From Pristiophorus japonicus (taxonomy: Eukaryota): DNA of 64,000 bases. Position 1 is the stretch's first letter; each line of letters opens with the position of its first letter. The position numbers and the translations under genes are program-made. The DNA lies in NCBI RefSeq assembly GCF_044704955.1, contig NC_091995.1:49724001-49788000 (forward strand). Reading direction: 5' to 3'. A model generated the notes under the pieces. The model worked only from the letters and a program-made list of their open reading frames with translations. It did not search any database and was not told the DNA's origin. Shown here one piece after another: positions 27,501-36,409 of this stretch.

Positions 27501-28451
27501 GAGCACCTCTTTTTCTAGGCGCCCGACTCTGGCCGCCCGCCTCTTGGTCGACCCCCTCGCGTACTCTTGACAGAAGACGCGGACGTGAGCCTTGCCCACG
27601 TCCCACCATAGCCTCAAGGAGGGGAAGCCCCCCTGCTTCCTTCTCCAGTCGGACCAGAATCGACGGAACGAGTCCTGGAACCGCACGTCCTCCAGCAGCC
27701 GGTTGTTAAAGTGCCAGTACGCGGACCCCGTCCTCGCGCGGAGCGAAGCGAGCTCCGCCCACACCAGGTGGTGGTCCGAACACGACACCGGCCGCATGGA
27801 GGCCGCCGGGACGCAGGAAACGTACGCCCGAGACACGTAAAGGCGGTCGACTCTAGACCATCCAACTCCAGGCCTCACCCAAGTAAAGGCGCTGGAGTCG
27901 GGGTGGAGATTTCGCCAGACGTCCACCAAGTCGAAGGACCCGACCAGGTCCCTCAACTTCTCCATCGCCGTCATGCACTGCGGGGCACCGGAGCGGTCCC
28001 TCGCCTCGAGGGTGCAGTTAAAATCCCCCCCGAGGACAATGCAATCGCCGACGTCGACGGAGCCAAGAAGAGCGGACACCTCTTCAAAGAAGCGCGTTTG
28101 CTGCGGGCCGGGATGAGGGGCGTACACGTTCACGAGATGGAGCGGCACGTCCCCCAGGCGAACCGTTACGTGCAGCAAGCGGCCTGGCACGGGCTCCTCG
28201 ACCCCCAAGATCTCCGGCTGAAAATGCGGGCCCAGCATGATGGCCACCCCACTAGAAATGGCGGTGAGGTGGCTCATGCGGACCTCTCCTTGCCATTCCA
28301 GGAGCCACGTGGCTTCGTCTCCCGGAACGGTGTGGGTTTCTTGCAGGAAGCACACCGCATATTTCCCCTCCCGCAGGAGCGAAAAATTGTCAAATCTACG
28401 GCGTGCCCCTCTGCCGCCGTTGATGTTGAGGCTGGCTGTGGTTATCTTCAT
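24552..28451 (-). CDS. Tx1 ORF2p (~1300 aa): APE endonuclease, reverse transcriptase, C-terminal CCHC
   Basis: SLNING, LQETH, NVYAP, GGDFN, SDH, NWRPVSL, LDQEKAFD, QGCPMS, YADD and CNFC..HVFMEC. First in-frame ATG (MKIT) at 28451; the ORF is open from 28469. Confidence 0.95.
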   Translation of the reverse strand: MKITTASLNINGGRGARRRFDNFSLLREGKYAVCFLQETHTVPGDEATWLLEWQGEVRMSHLTAISSGVAIMLGPHFQPEILGVEEPVPGRLLHVTVRLGDVPLHLVNVYAPHPGPQQTRFFEEVSALLGSVDVGDCIVLGGDFNCTLEARDRSGAPQCMTAMEKLRDLVGSFDLVDVWRNLHPDSSAFTWVRPGVGWSRVDRLYVSRAYVSCVPAASMRPVSCSDHHLVWAELASLRARTGSAYWHFNNRLLEDVRFQDSFRRFWSDWRRKQGGFPSLRLWWDVGKAHVRVFCQEYARGSTKRRAARVGRLEKEVLDLEARLGQVVQDPALRTVYEAKKAALKDLQLVGSRGAFVRSRIRFLRDLDRGSPFFYSLEKRQSVRKQLLTLLADDGSLVSDPEGVNNRAREYYGALFSPDPSSEEARRVLWEDLPKVSPEGAENLEAPLSLAELTGALARLSRGKSPGLDGLTVEFHRAFWDVLGGDYARVLGESLATGEMPLSWRRAVIVLLPKKGDLRLLKNWRPVSLVSTDYKIFARAMSARLGAVLDHMIHPDQSYTVPGRTIHDNIHLVRDLIHCSQEAGLSVAFLSLDQEKAFDRVDHDYLLGTLRAFGFGTHFVARIRLLYAAAECLIKVNGSLTAPLRFRRGVRQGCPMSGQLYAVCVEPFLRLLRTRLTGLALQGPGVEVVLSAYADDVLLAVEDPADLRRMRECQEIYSAASSARINWEKCSGLLVGQWRVDSLPEELRPFAWSTTHLLYLGVYLSPDEGAWPANWQELEAKVAARLGRWTGLLRVLSYRGRALVINQLVAAMLWYRLVTLTPPPAFVAKIQKKLVDFFWNNRKHWVSAAVLSLPLEEGGQSLVCVSAQLATFRLQTLQRYLYVEPPPRWCALARYFFRQQLDLNYDTQLLFVNLGGARTALRELPVFYRELIRVWNKVSTKRSSPPAGVAAVLQEPLLGNPYLHGRGFMWRSEERAVAGEVTRVRDLLDGGGAGWMAPDTLARRLNSANVRHAADAIESLKTALGPDSVRCIEEAQARGEIPSELTPVRTEFLIGAKPRNLPRGPAPHNLSRLGEIPSVPFSSARRGFLYGLLLHTLNFAILAGRPDTPWRTILPSGGGGGPRWRALYAGVLPLFIGDLAWRVVHGAVPCNKFLSRFTDSQAACNFCGLEESVFHVFMECTRLQPLFYYLKGLLLKFWLHFSPTLLIFGHPVRRGAGRSEGLLVGLLLGTATGAISRSRQRAVEGVVQPDCLPLFRSYIRSRVSLEMEHAVSTGTLAAFRERWAPEGLECIITPGNQILI

Positions 28452-28477
28452 GGCAAAAGCATAGTGCAACCTCTACC

Positions 28478-30580
28478 TTAACCTATTGTGGGGGGGGGAG
28501 CGGAGTCTTTTGTTAAACTCCGCTCCCTCCGCAGCCCAGCGAGGAGTCCCTCGAGCTCGCGCAGCTCAAGGTGCTGCTCCTTTGTCAAGGGCCCGCCCGC
28601 GGCCAAGGTTTTAACGGCGGCGCGGACGGACCCCTTGATCAGCTCCGGCTCGGACCATTTTTCCAGGGCCAGTCGGGCTTGGTTGCAGCGACCCCGGCTC
28701 TGGGCCAAAAAGTCCCGGAGTTCCTTTGCAGGAATGAGGAGGGCCTCAGCGGCGGCCGCGAGCAGATCCACCGCCTCCCTGGCGGTGGTCTCTAGTTCTT
28801 CTCCCGCGTCCCCCACCGAGTCCCCGTCCTCCTCCGGGAGGTGGCCGCCAGCAGCCGGCCCATCGACCGCACAAGGTACGGCAAATGAACCGGCCGCTCC
28901 AACCGGCCCTGGCTCTGCCCCGATCCCACCCCCAGGATCGTCGGCAGAGGAGTCCCCACTGGGCTCTTTTAAAAATGGTGCTGGGCCGGGAAATGACAGC
29001 GGAAGGGGTTCCCCCTCCGCCCCAGGAACCGGAGAACAAGGAGAGACCCGGCCATAGGAAATCCCCAGGCTCCCCAAGTGCTCCAGCTCCAAAGTAAGAG
29101 GCGAGGGTGGGTGTTCCTCCCCCTCCCCGCTGCCACCCCCCGGCCCAGCATTTACAGTTTCATTAAAAACCTGAATTTCAGTTTCTGCCAGGTCGAGCGA
29201 CTCCCGGGGGAAGTTGGGTATTGGCTGGGCGGGCTCAGGTTCGGCCTTTTCGGCCCCGCCCGCCTCAGTCCCTGGGACGCCCGGCCCGGCGGCAATGCAT
29301 TCTTCCGCTGGCCCCACGCCCCCCACGACAGGCAGATCTTCCATTCCATCCCCAGGAGGCAGCGGCTGGGCAGCCTCAACTGTCTCACCCTCCCCGGGGA
29401 CAGACTCCTCGCGCCTGCAGCGCAACTTGGGAGCGCTGGTGGGGGACGCGGGACACGCGGCGGGCACCGACTCCTCCGCGGAGGGATGTTGTTCCCCCTC
29501 CGCCTCATCGGAGCCGCGCCTCCTTTTGTTCCTGGGGGCGCGCGGAGGCAGGGAGACCCCCATGTCTGCCGAGGCCTCCCGCTCCGCCCCCCCCTTTTCC
29601 TTTTCTTGCCCGCGCCTGGGCCCCTCTGTGGTGTTATTCAAGGGCCCGGGCACGGGCTCGGGGCACCCCGCGCTCGCCGGTGACGGGGTTGGGCTGAGCG
29701 CGGTGGTCAAATTATCTGGCGCACTGAGGGGACCCGCCTCTGGATGTTTTGTCTTCTTCCGCGCCTTCCTTCCGGTCGGACGCTCTCCCTCCCCCCTGCC
29801 GGAGGCCCTGAAAACAAAGGCCTCCGACGATGCCCGCGCACCTATGGCTCCCGGCACGCGGACGCAACTAGGGGGAGGGGTGGCGGCGGCGCCAGCCTTG
29901 GCCGACTTCGGTGGTTTGGCGGCCTTGGAGGCGGGGCAGTTCTTGCGAACGTGCCCCACCTCTCTGCAGGCATGGCACCGCACGCCGTCCGACGTCCAGA
30001 AGACGCGGTAGGCAGTCCCCTCGTGCACCACATTAAAAGACCCCTCCGTCGTCTCCTCCCGCGCCAGCCGGACAAAGAGCTGGCGGCGGAAGGAGAACAC
30101 GTGGCACAGGCTGCTCTCCCTGAGGCCGAGCGGTATGGGGTTGATCCCCGACCTTACCTCCCCCAGTTGGTGTAGGTGAGGGAGGAGGAGCCCAGCGGGA
30201 ACAAAGGGCGGGACGTTCGATTTGATGACCCTCTGCGCGGTTACCTCGAGAGGGTCCACCGGCAGGAACGTCCCGCCCACCGTGAGCCCCTTTTCGAGGG
30301 CCAGGGACACCGCCCGCTCCGACCCCAGGAAGAAAACAGCCTTCCCAGACATCTTGGAGGCTGCGACAATGGCCGAGGGGCCGACTGCCCCAGCCATCGC
30401 CCGCATGCACTCCTCGATGCTCATTGTGGGGTGAGTGTAGCTCTTGACCCCGTGTTTTTTTGTAATGAGTCTGAATGGTGGCAGGGCAGCGGGTGGCGCA
30501 GGAGGTGCCGTGGAAGCGGTTGCCACCTGCGCATACGTCTTCGCTGGCCCTGCCACCGGCGTGGATGGGGTCGCCATCAC
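28478..30580 (-). CDS. Tx1 ORF1p (700 aa): RNA-binding N-terminal region, CCHC zinc knuckle, long Pro/Glu/Gly-rich region
   Basis: Uninterrupted ORF with CHACREVGHVRKNC and SNVPPFVP, typical of Tx1 ORF1. Confidence 0.9.
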   Translation of the reverse strand: MMATPSTPVAGPAKTYAQVATASTAPPAPPAALPPFRLITKKHGVKSYTHPTMSIEECMRAMAGAVGPSAIVAASKMSGKAVFFLGSERAVSLALEKGLTVGGTFLPVDPLEVTAQRVIKSNVPPFVPAGLLLPHLHQLGEVRSGINPIPLGLRESSLCHVFSFRRQLFVRLAREETTEGSFNVVHEGTAYRVFWTSDGVRCHACREVGHVRKNCPASKAAKPPKSAKAGAAATPPPSCVRVPGAIGARASSEAFVFRASGRGEGERPTGRKARKKTKHPEAGPLSAPDNLTTALSPTPSPASAGCPEPVPGPLNNTTEGPRRGQEKEKGGAEREASADMGVSLPPRAPRNKRRRGSDEAEGEQHPSAEESVPAACPASPTSAPKLRCRREESVPGEGETVEAAQPLPPGDGMEDLPVVGGVGPAEECIAAGPGVPGTEAGGAEKAEPEPAQPIPNFPRESLDLAETEIQVFNETVNAGPGGGSGEGEEHPPSPLTLELEHLGSLGISYGRVSPCSPVPGAEGEPLPLSFPGPAPFLKEPSGDSSADDPGGGIGAEPGPVGAAGSFAVPCAVDGPAAGGHLPEEDGDSVGDAGEELETTAREAVDLLAAAAEALLIPAKELRDFLAQSRGRCNQARLALEKWSEPELIKGSVRAAVKTLAAGGPLTKEQHLELRELEGLLAGLRRERSLTKDSAPPPTIG

Positions 30581-31514
30581 GGGGTCCCTTTAAGGGCTAC
30601 ACCCACCCCAAAGTCACAGGCCTTAATGGTCTTTAATGGCCTCGTATATTTAACTGAGCAGAGGAGCCCTTAACGAGGCACCTCTCCCCTCGTTGGCAAT
30701 TGGGGAGAGGCCTTGCTCCCTCTGCTCAGTTGTCTTAATTGTTTTTTTTTTAAATTAGGAAGAAAAGGGTTCTCAGAGAGAGAGGGGAGAAACAGAGGGT
30801 AACGGAGAGAGAGAGAGGGGGGTGGGAAGGGGGGGGGGGCTGCAAGGGCAGGTCTCCCCTCGCAGCTGTGGGTGGGTGCACTCCCCAGATGGCAAAAACA
30901 CACAAAAAACACAGTCTTTGGGATGGTCTTCAGGTGAGGGGAGAAGACGTGTTCACCTGGGATAGCTAGAGCCACCAGGCACACACTCTTAACGATGTTA
31001 ATTGGGTGATTAAAGAATCTTCAGCCTGGTAGCTCCAGCTATCCCAGGCTAGGCAAATGTGGGGGGGTGGGGGGGGTTCCAATTGTGGGGGGGGGCCTAG
31101 TTGTAAGCACGGCCCCCACGCACACTACCACACTCACACACACCCCCCGCGATGTTCCGGCCCTCAGTGGTCTTCTTTCCTCCCCCCACCGATACAACAA
31201 AGTCTTTTTGGGAAATGCACCCACACCCACCTGTAGAATTGTAGAGTCTCCCTCCTTCCACACTGGATGTTGTTGTGGTTTTTCCCCCTCTCTCCAACTC
31301 CTTGCAGAATGGTAAAAAGTTGAAATGTTTTCTGCTTCCTCCTCTCCCTCTGGGTAAAAGTTGAAGGTGAAGCCCCTTCCTTCCTTCTCTTCCTGGGCTG
31401 GTCTCAGGGCTCTCCAGGCAGGAGCTCAAGTTGCTAGCTGCTCTTCTCAATGCTCACAGCTCCAACTGAGCAGGACACGCCTCCACAGCTCCACAATTGG
31501 TCCTTGTGCATGAA

Positions 31515-33768
31515 ACTCTTTTGAGTTTACCTGCAAAACATAAAAACATTAAATGGTGCCACCCGACCTGGGTGACACTCCAGACATTTACAAGGCCCTT
31601 TTTTTTTTTCTCCCCCTTTTTTTTTTTTTTGTTTTTTTTTTTTGGGCACTAAAATCACAATTTCCCCCAGTGCCCCCTATAAAAGGGAAGGGGGACACTA
31701 AAAGCACCGGCAATTAAAACAAATTAAACTTAAAAAACGTAAAATCAAATTAAAATTTGGTTGCCGGGCGTGATGATGCACTCCAGTCCCTCCGGTGCCC
31801 ACCTCTCGCGGAAGGCCGCGAGCGTACCGGTGGACACCGCGTGCTCCATCTCCAAGGACACCCTGGACCGGATGGAAGAGCGGAAGAGAGGCAGGCAGTC
31901 AGGTTGAACGACCCCCTCGACCGCCCGCTGCCTGGACTGGCTGATGGCACCCTTGGCCGTGCCCAGGAGCAGTCCTACGAGGAGGCCTTCGGACCTACCC
32001 GCTCCCCTCCGCACAGGGTGCCCAAAGATCAGGAGAGTGGGACTGAAGTGCAGCCAGAATTTCAGGAGCAGCCCCTTCAAATAGTGGAACAGGGGCTGCA
32101 ACCTTGTGCATTCAATAAAAACATGGAACACGGACTCCTCCAGACCGCAGAAATTGCAGGCGGCCTGGGAGTCCGTGAACCGGCTTAAAAATTTATTGCA
32201 CGGCACTGCTCCGTGCACCACCCTCCAGGCCAAGTCCCCGATGAATAGTGGGAGGACCCCTGCGTAGAGTGCCCTCCATCGGGGACCCCCGCCTCCTCCG
32301 GACGGCAAGATGGTACGCCATGGCGTGTCCGGACGGCCGGCGAGGATGGCAAAGTTGAGGGTGTGCAGGAGCAGCCCGTACAGGAAACCCCTCCGCGCGG
32401 AACTGAAAGGCACGGAGGGGATTTCCCCGAGGCGGCTCAAGTTGTGAGGCGCCGGCCCCCGAGGGAGGTTCCGGGGTTTGGCGCCGATGAGGAATTCCGT
32501 CCGGACGGGGTTCAGTTCGGACGGGATCTCCCCACGTGCTTGAGCCTCCTCGATGCACCTAACGGAGTCAGGGCCCAGAGCTGTTTTTAGCGACTCGATG
32601 GCATCGGCCGCGTGGCGGACGTTGGCAGAATTTAGGCGCCGCGCCAGCGTGTCTGGCGCCATCCAGCCGGCTCCTCCGCCATCGAGCAGGTCCCTGACCC
32701 TGGTCACCTCACCAGCCACAGCCCTCTCTTCCGACCGCCACATAAAGCCTCGGCCGTGGAGGTACGGATTCCCGAGCAGCGGTTCCTGCAGGACGGCCGC
32801 CACTCCAGCCGGCGGAGAGCTGCGCTTGGTGGAGACTTTGTTCCAGACCCTGATGAGTTCCCTGTAAAAGACAGGCAGCTCCTGGAGGGCGGTCCTGGCA
32901 CCCCCCAAGTTCACAAACAGGAGCTGCGTGTCATAATTGAGGTCGAGCTGCTGGCGGAAGAAATACCTCGCCAGAGCGCACCACCTTGGAGGGGGCTCGA
33001 CGTAAAGGTATCTCTGCAGGGTCTGAAGACGGAAAGTCGCGAGCTGGGCGCTGACGCACACCAACGACTGACCGCCCTCCTCAAGCGGGAGACTCAAGAC
33101 CGCGGCAGAGACCCAGTGCTTCCTGTTGTTCCAGAAGAAGTCCACCAGCTTCTTCTGTATCTTGGCGACAAACGCAGGGGGAGGGGTCAAAGTGACCAGC
33201 CGGTACCACAGCATTGCGGCCACCAGCTGGTTTATGACTAGCGCTCGACCCCTGTAGGACAGCACTCGGAGCAGTCCTGTCCAGCGCCCTAGGCGAGCGG
33301 CGACCTTGGCCTCCAGCTCCTGCCAGTTCGCCGGCCAGGCTCCCTCGTCGGGGCTAAGGTAGACTCCCAGATAGAGGAGATGGGTCGTGCTCCAGGCAAA
33401 AGGCCTGAGCTCCTCCGGCAGGGAGTCCACCCGCCACTGACCCACCAGGAGTCCGGAACATTTCTCCCAGTTGATCCTGGCGGAGGACGCGGCCGAGTAA
33501 ATCTCCTGGCACTCACGCATCCTCCGCAGGTCAGCGGGATCCTCTATCGCGAGGAGCACGTCATCGGCGTAAGCCGAGAGGACGACCTCCACGCCCGGCC
33601 CTTGCAGAGCCAGTCCCGTCAACCTCGTCCGCAAGAGGCGCAGGAAAGGCTCCACGCAACGGCGTATAACTGGCCGGACATGGGGCATCCCTGGCGCACC
33701 CCTCTCCTAAAGCGAAGGGGCGCCGTCAAGGACCCGTTAACCTTAATCAGACACTCCGCGGCGGCGTA
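31515..33768 (-). mobile_element. Tx1-clade copy 3, 5'-truncated within RT
   Basis: 3' 2.25 kb of the same family with a 1-bp deletion at ~33658; joins CR1 directly at ...gcggcgta|atgacagaag with no 14-bp duplication. Confidence 0.93.
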
Positions 33769-34473
33769 ATGACAGAAGGATAGTTTGCAGGTGAAGCAGG
33801 CAATCAGGAAGGCGAATGGAATGTTGGACTTCATTGCGAGAGGGATGGAGTACAAAAGCAGGGAGGTCTTGCTGCAACTGTATAAGGTACAGGTAAGGCC
33901 GCACCTGGAGTACTGCGTGCAGTTTTGGTCATCTTACTTGAGGAACAATATACTTGCTTTGGAAGGGGTACAGAGACGATTCATTAGGCTGATTCCAGAA
34001 ATGAGGGGGTAACCTTATGACGATAGATTGAGTAGACTGGGTCTTTACTCGTTGGAGTTCAGAAGGATGAGGGGTGATCTTTTCGAAACATTTAAAATCA
34101 TGAAAGAGATAGACAAGATAGAGGCAGAGAGGTTGTTTCCATTGGAGGGGGAGACTAGAACTTGGGGGCACAGCCTCAAATTACGAACGAGCCAATTTAA
34201 AAGCGAGTTGAGAAGGAATTTCTTCTCCCAGACGGTTGTGAATCTGTGGAATTCTCTGCCCAAGGAAGCAGTTGAGGCTAGCTCATTGAATGTTTTCAAG
34301 TCAAAGATAGATAGATTTTTAACCAATAAGGGAATTAAGGGTTACGGGGAGAGGGCGGGTAAGTGGAGCTGAGTCCACTACCAGGTCAGCCATGATCTTA
34401 TTGGATGGCGGAGCAGGCTCGAGGGGCTAGATGGCCTACTCCTGTTCCTAATTCTTATGTTCTTATGTTCTTA
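33769..34473 (+). mobile_element. CR1-D right part (ORF2 C-terminus, 3'UTR, (TTCTTATG)n tail)
   Basis: QKDSLQVKQAIRKANGML..RPHLEYCVQFWS directly continues LVHE from 17169. Confidence 0.95.
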
Positions 34474-34475
34474 AG

Positions 34476-35160
34476 TTCCCCCCCTCTACTTACCGAACTC
34501 CCACTCACCCACACTTCCCCCCTCTTCTACTTACCGAACTTCACTCACCCACACTTCCCCCCCCCCCCCCGCTCTACTTACCGAACTTCACACACCCACA
34601 CTTCCCCCCCTCTACTTACCGAACTCCCACTCACCCACACTTCCCCCCTCTTCTACTTACCGAACTTCACTCACCCACACTTCCCCCCCCCCCCCCGCTC
34701 TACTTACCGAACTTCACACACCCACACTTCCCCCCCTCTCAACTTACCGAACTCCCACTCACCCACACTTCCCCCCCACTCTACTTACCGAACTTCACTC
34801 ACCCACACTTCCCCCTCACCCCGCTCTACTTACCGAACTTCACACACCCACACTTCCCCCCCTCTCAACTTACCGAACTCCCACTCACCCACACTTCCCC
34901 CCCACTCTACTTACCGAACTTCACACACCCACACTTCCCCCCCACTCTACTTACCGAAGTCCCACTCACCCACACTTCCCCCCCACTCTACTTACCGAAC
35001 TTCACACACCCACACTTACCCCCCCCTCTACTTACCGAACTCCCACTCACCCACACTTCCCCCCCCCTCTACTTACCGAACTTCACACACCCACACTTCC
35101 CCCCCACTCTACTTACCGAACTCCCACCCACCCACACTTCCCCCCCACTCTACTTACCGA
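34476..35160. repeat. C-rich ~38-bp minisatellite, right part
   Basis: Same unit as 14320-14562. Confidence 0.9.
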
Positions 35161-35323
35161 ACTTTGTTCACCGTCACACTTCCGCCCCTATTATGACCGA
35201 CTTTTGGGCCGTTCGAAAAAAGAGCGGAATTTTGCGCAAGAGGCCTCCACATTTCCCGCTGCTGAAAAAACTCTGAAAACGCGCTCGGGGTGCCGCGTTT
35301 TTGGCGGGGGAAATTTTGGCCCC

Positions 35324-35617
35324 AAAATATATATATTTTAAAAATCTTTGCTATTTGCTTGTTTCCCATTATTAATTCCATGGTCTCATCCTCTAAGCAA
35401 CCAACATTTACATTAGCTATTCTCTTCCTTTTTATATACTTGAAGAAGCACCTGGTCTGTTTTTTTTATATATTTCGCTAGTTTACTCTCAATCTATTTT
35501 CTCCCACTTTATTATTTATTTAATTAACCTTTGTTGGTTTGTAAAATGTCCCAATTTTCTAGCCTACCGCTAATCTTCACAACATTGTATGCCTTAACTT
35601 TCAATTTGATACCATCA
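35324..35617 (-). mobile_element. CR1 ORF2 fragment
   Basis: Reverse complement encodes ..IAKVNVGCLEDETMELIMGNKQIAK-like CR1 linker sequence. Confidence 0.75.
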
Positions 35618-36403
35618 CTGGCTCTCCGTCCAATCCTCATCGGCTCTCCGTCTAATCCTCACCGGTTCCCTGACCCCACCCTCACCGGCTCTCCATCCAA
35701 TCCTCACCGGCTCCCTGTCCCCACCCTCACCGGCTCCCTGTCCCCACCCTCACCGGCTCCCTGTCCCCACCCTCACCGGCTCCCTGTCCCCACCCTCACC
35801 GGCTCCCTGTCCCCACCCTCACTGGCTCCCTGTCCCCACCCTCACCGGCTCTCCATCCAATCCTCACCGGCTCTCCATCCAATCCTCACCGGCTCCTGTC
35901 CCCACCCTCACCGGCTCCTGTCCCCACCCTCACCGGCTCCCTGTCCCCACCTTCACCGGCTCCCTGTCCCCACCCTCACCGGCTCCCTGTCCCCACCCTC
36001 ACCGGCTCCCTGTCCCCACCCTCACCGGCTCCCTGTCCCCACCCTCACCGGCTCCCTGTCCCCACCCTCACCGGCTCGCTGTCCCCACCCTCACCGGCTC
36101 TCTGTCCCCACCCTCACCGGCTCCCTGTCCCCACCCTCACCGGCTCCCTGTCCCCACCCTCACCGGCTCCCTGTCCCCACACTCACCGGCTCCCTGTCCC
36201 CACCTTCACCAGCTCTCTGTCCAATCCTCACCGGCTCCCTGTCCCCACCCTCACCGGCTCCCTGTCCCCACCCTCACCGGCTCCCTGTCCCCACCCTCAC
36301 TGGCTCTCTGTCCCCACCCTCACCGGCTCTCTGTCCCCACCCTCACCGGCTCTCTGTCCCCACCCTCACCGGCTCCCTGTCCCCACCCTCACCGGCTCCC
36401 TGT
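35618..36403. repeat. 23-bp minisatellite
   Basis: Unit ccggctccctgtccccaccctca. Confidence 0.95.
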
Positions 36404-36409
36404 CCTGCC

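Larger units (their letters stand above)
24313..31500 (-). mobile_element. Tx1-clade non-LTR retrotransposon copy 2, full length, both ORFs intact
   Basis: ~0.9-kb 5'UTR, ORF1, ORF2 and ~240-bp 3'UTR; flanked by TCCTTGTGCATGAA at 24299-24312 and 31501-31514. Confidence 0.95.
9174..35323. mobile_element. Non-autonomous TIR DNA transposon (Harbinger-like) expanded to 26 kb by nested insertions
   Basis: Left end GGGGCCAAAATTGCCCC matches the right-end reverse complement GGGGCCAAAATTTCCCC (16/17). AAA lies on both sides (3-bp TSD) and the flanks rejoin one CR1. Its own sequence is ~9174-9424, ~13990-14320 and ~35160-35323. Confidence 0.75.

Noticed and set aside
17170-33768. Tx1 array as a simple tandem duplication or an LTR/DIRS element
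   Set aside because: The copies have private mutations and divergent UTRs, the junctions are precise with a CR1-derived TSD, and the APE-RT architecture is non-LTR.
17407-33769. Many + strand ORFs repeated within the Tx1 copies
   Set aside because: They are shadow ORFs of GC-rich coding sequence and recur only because the copies are near-identical.
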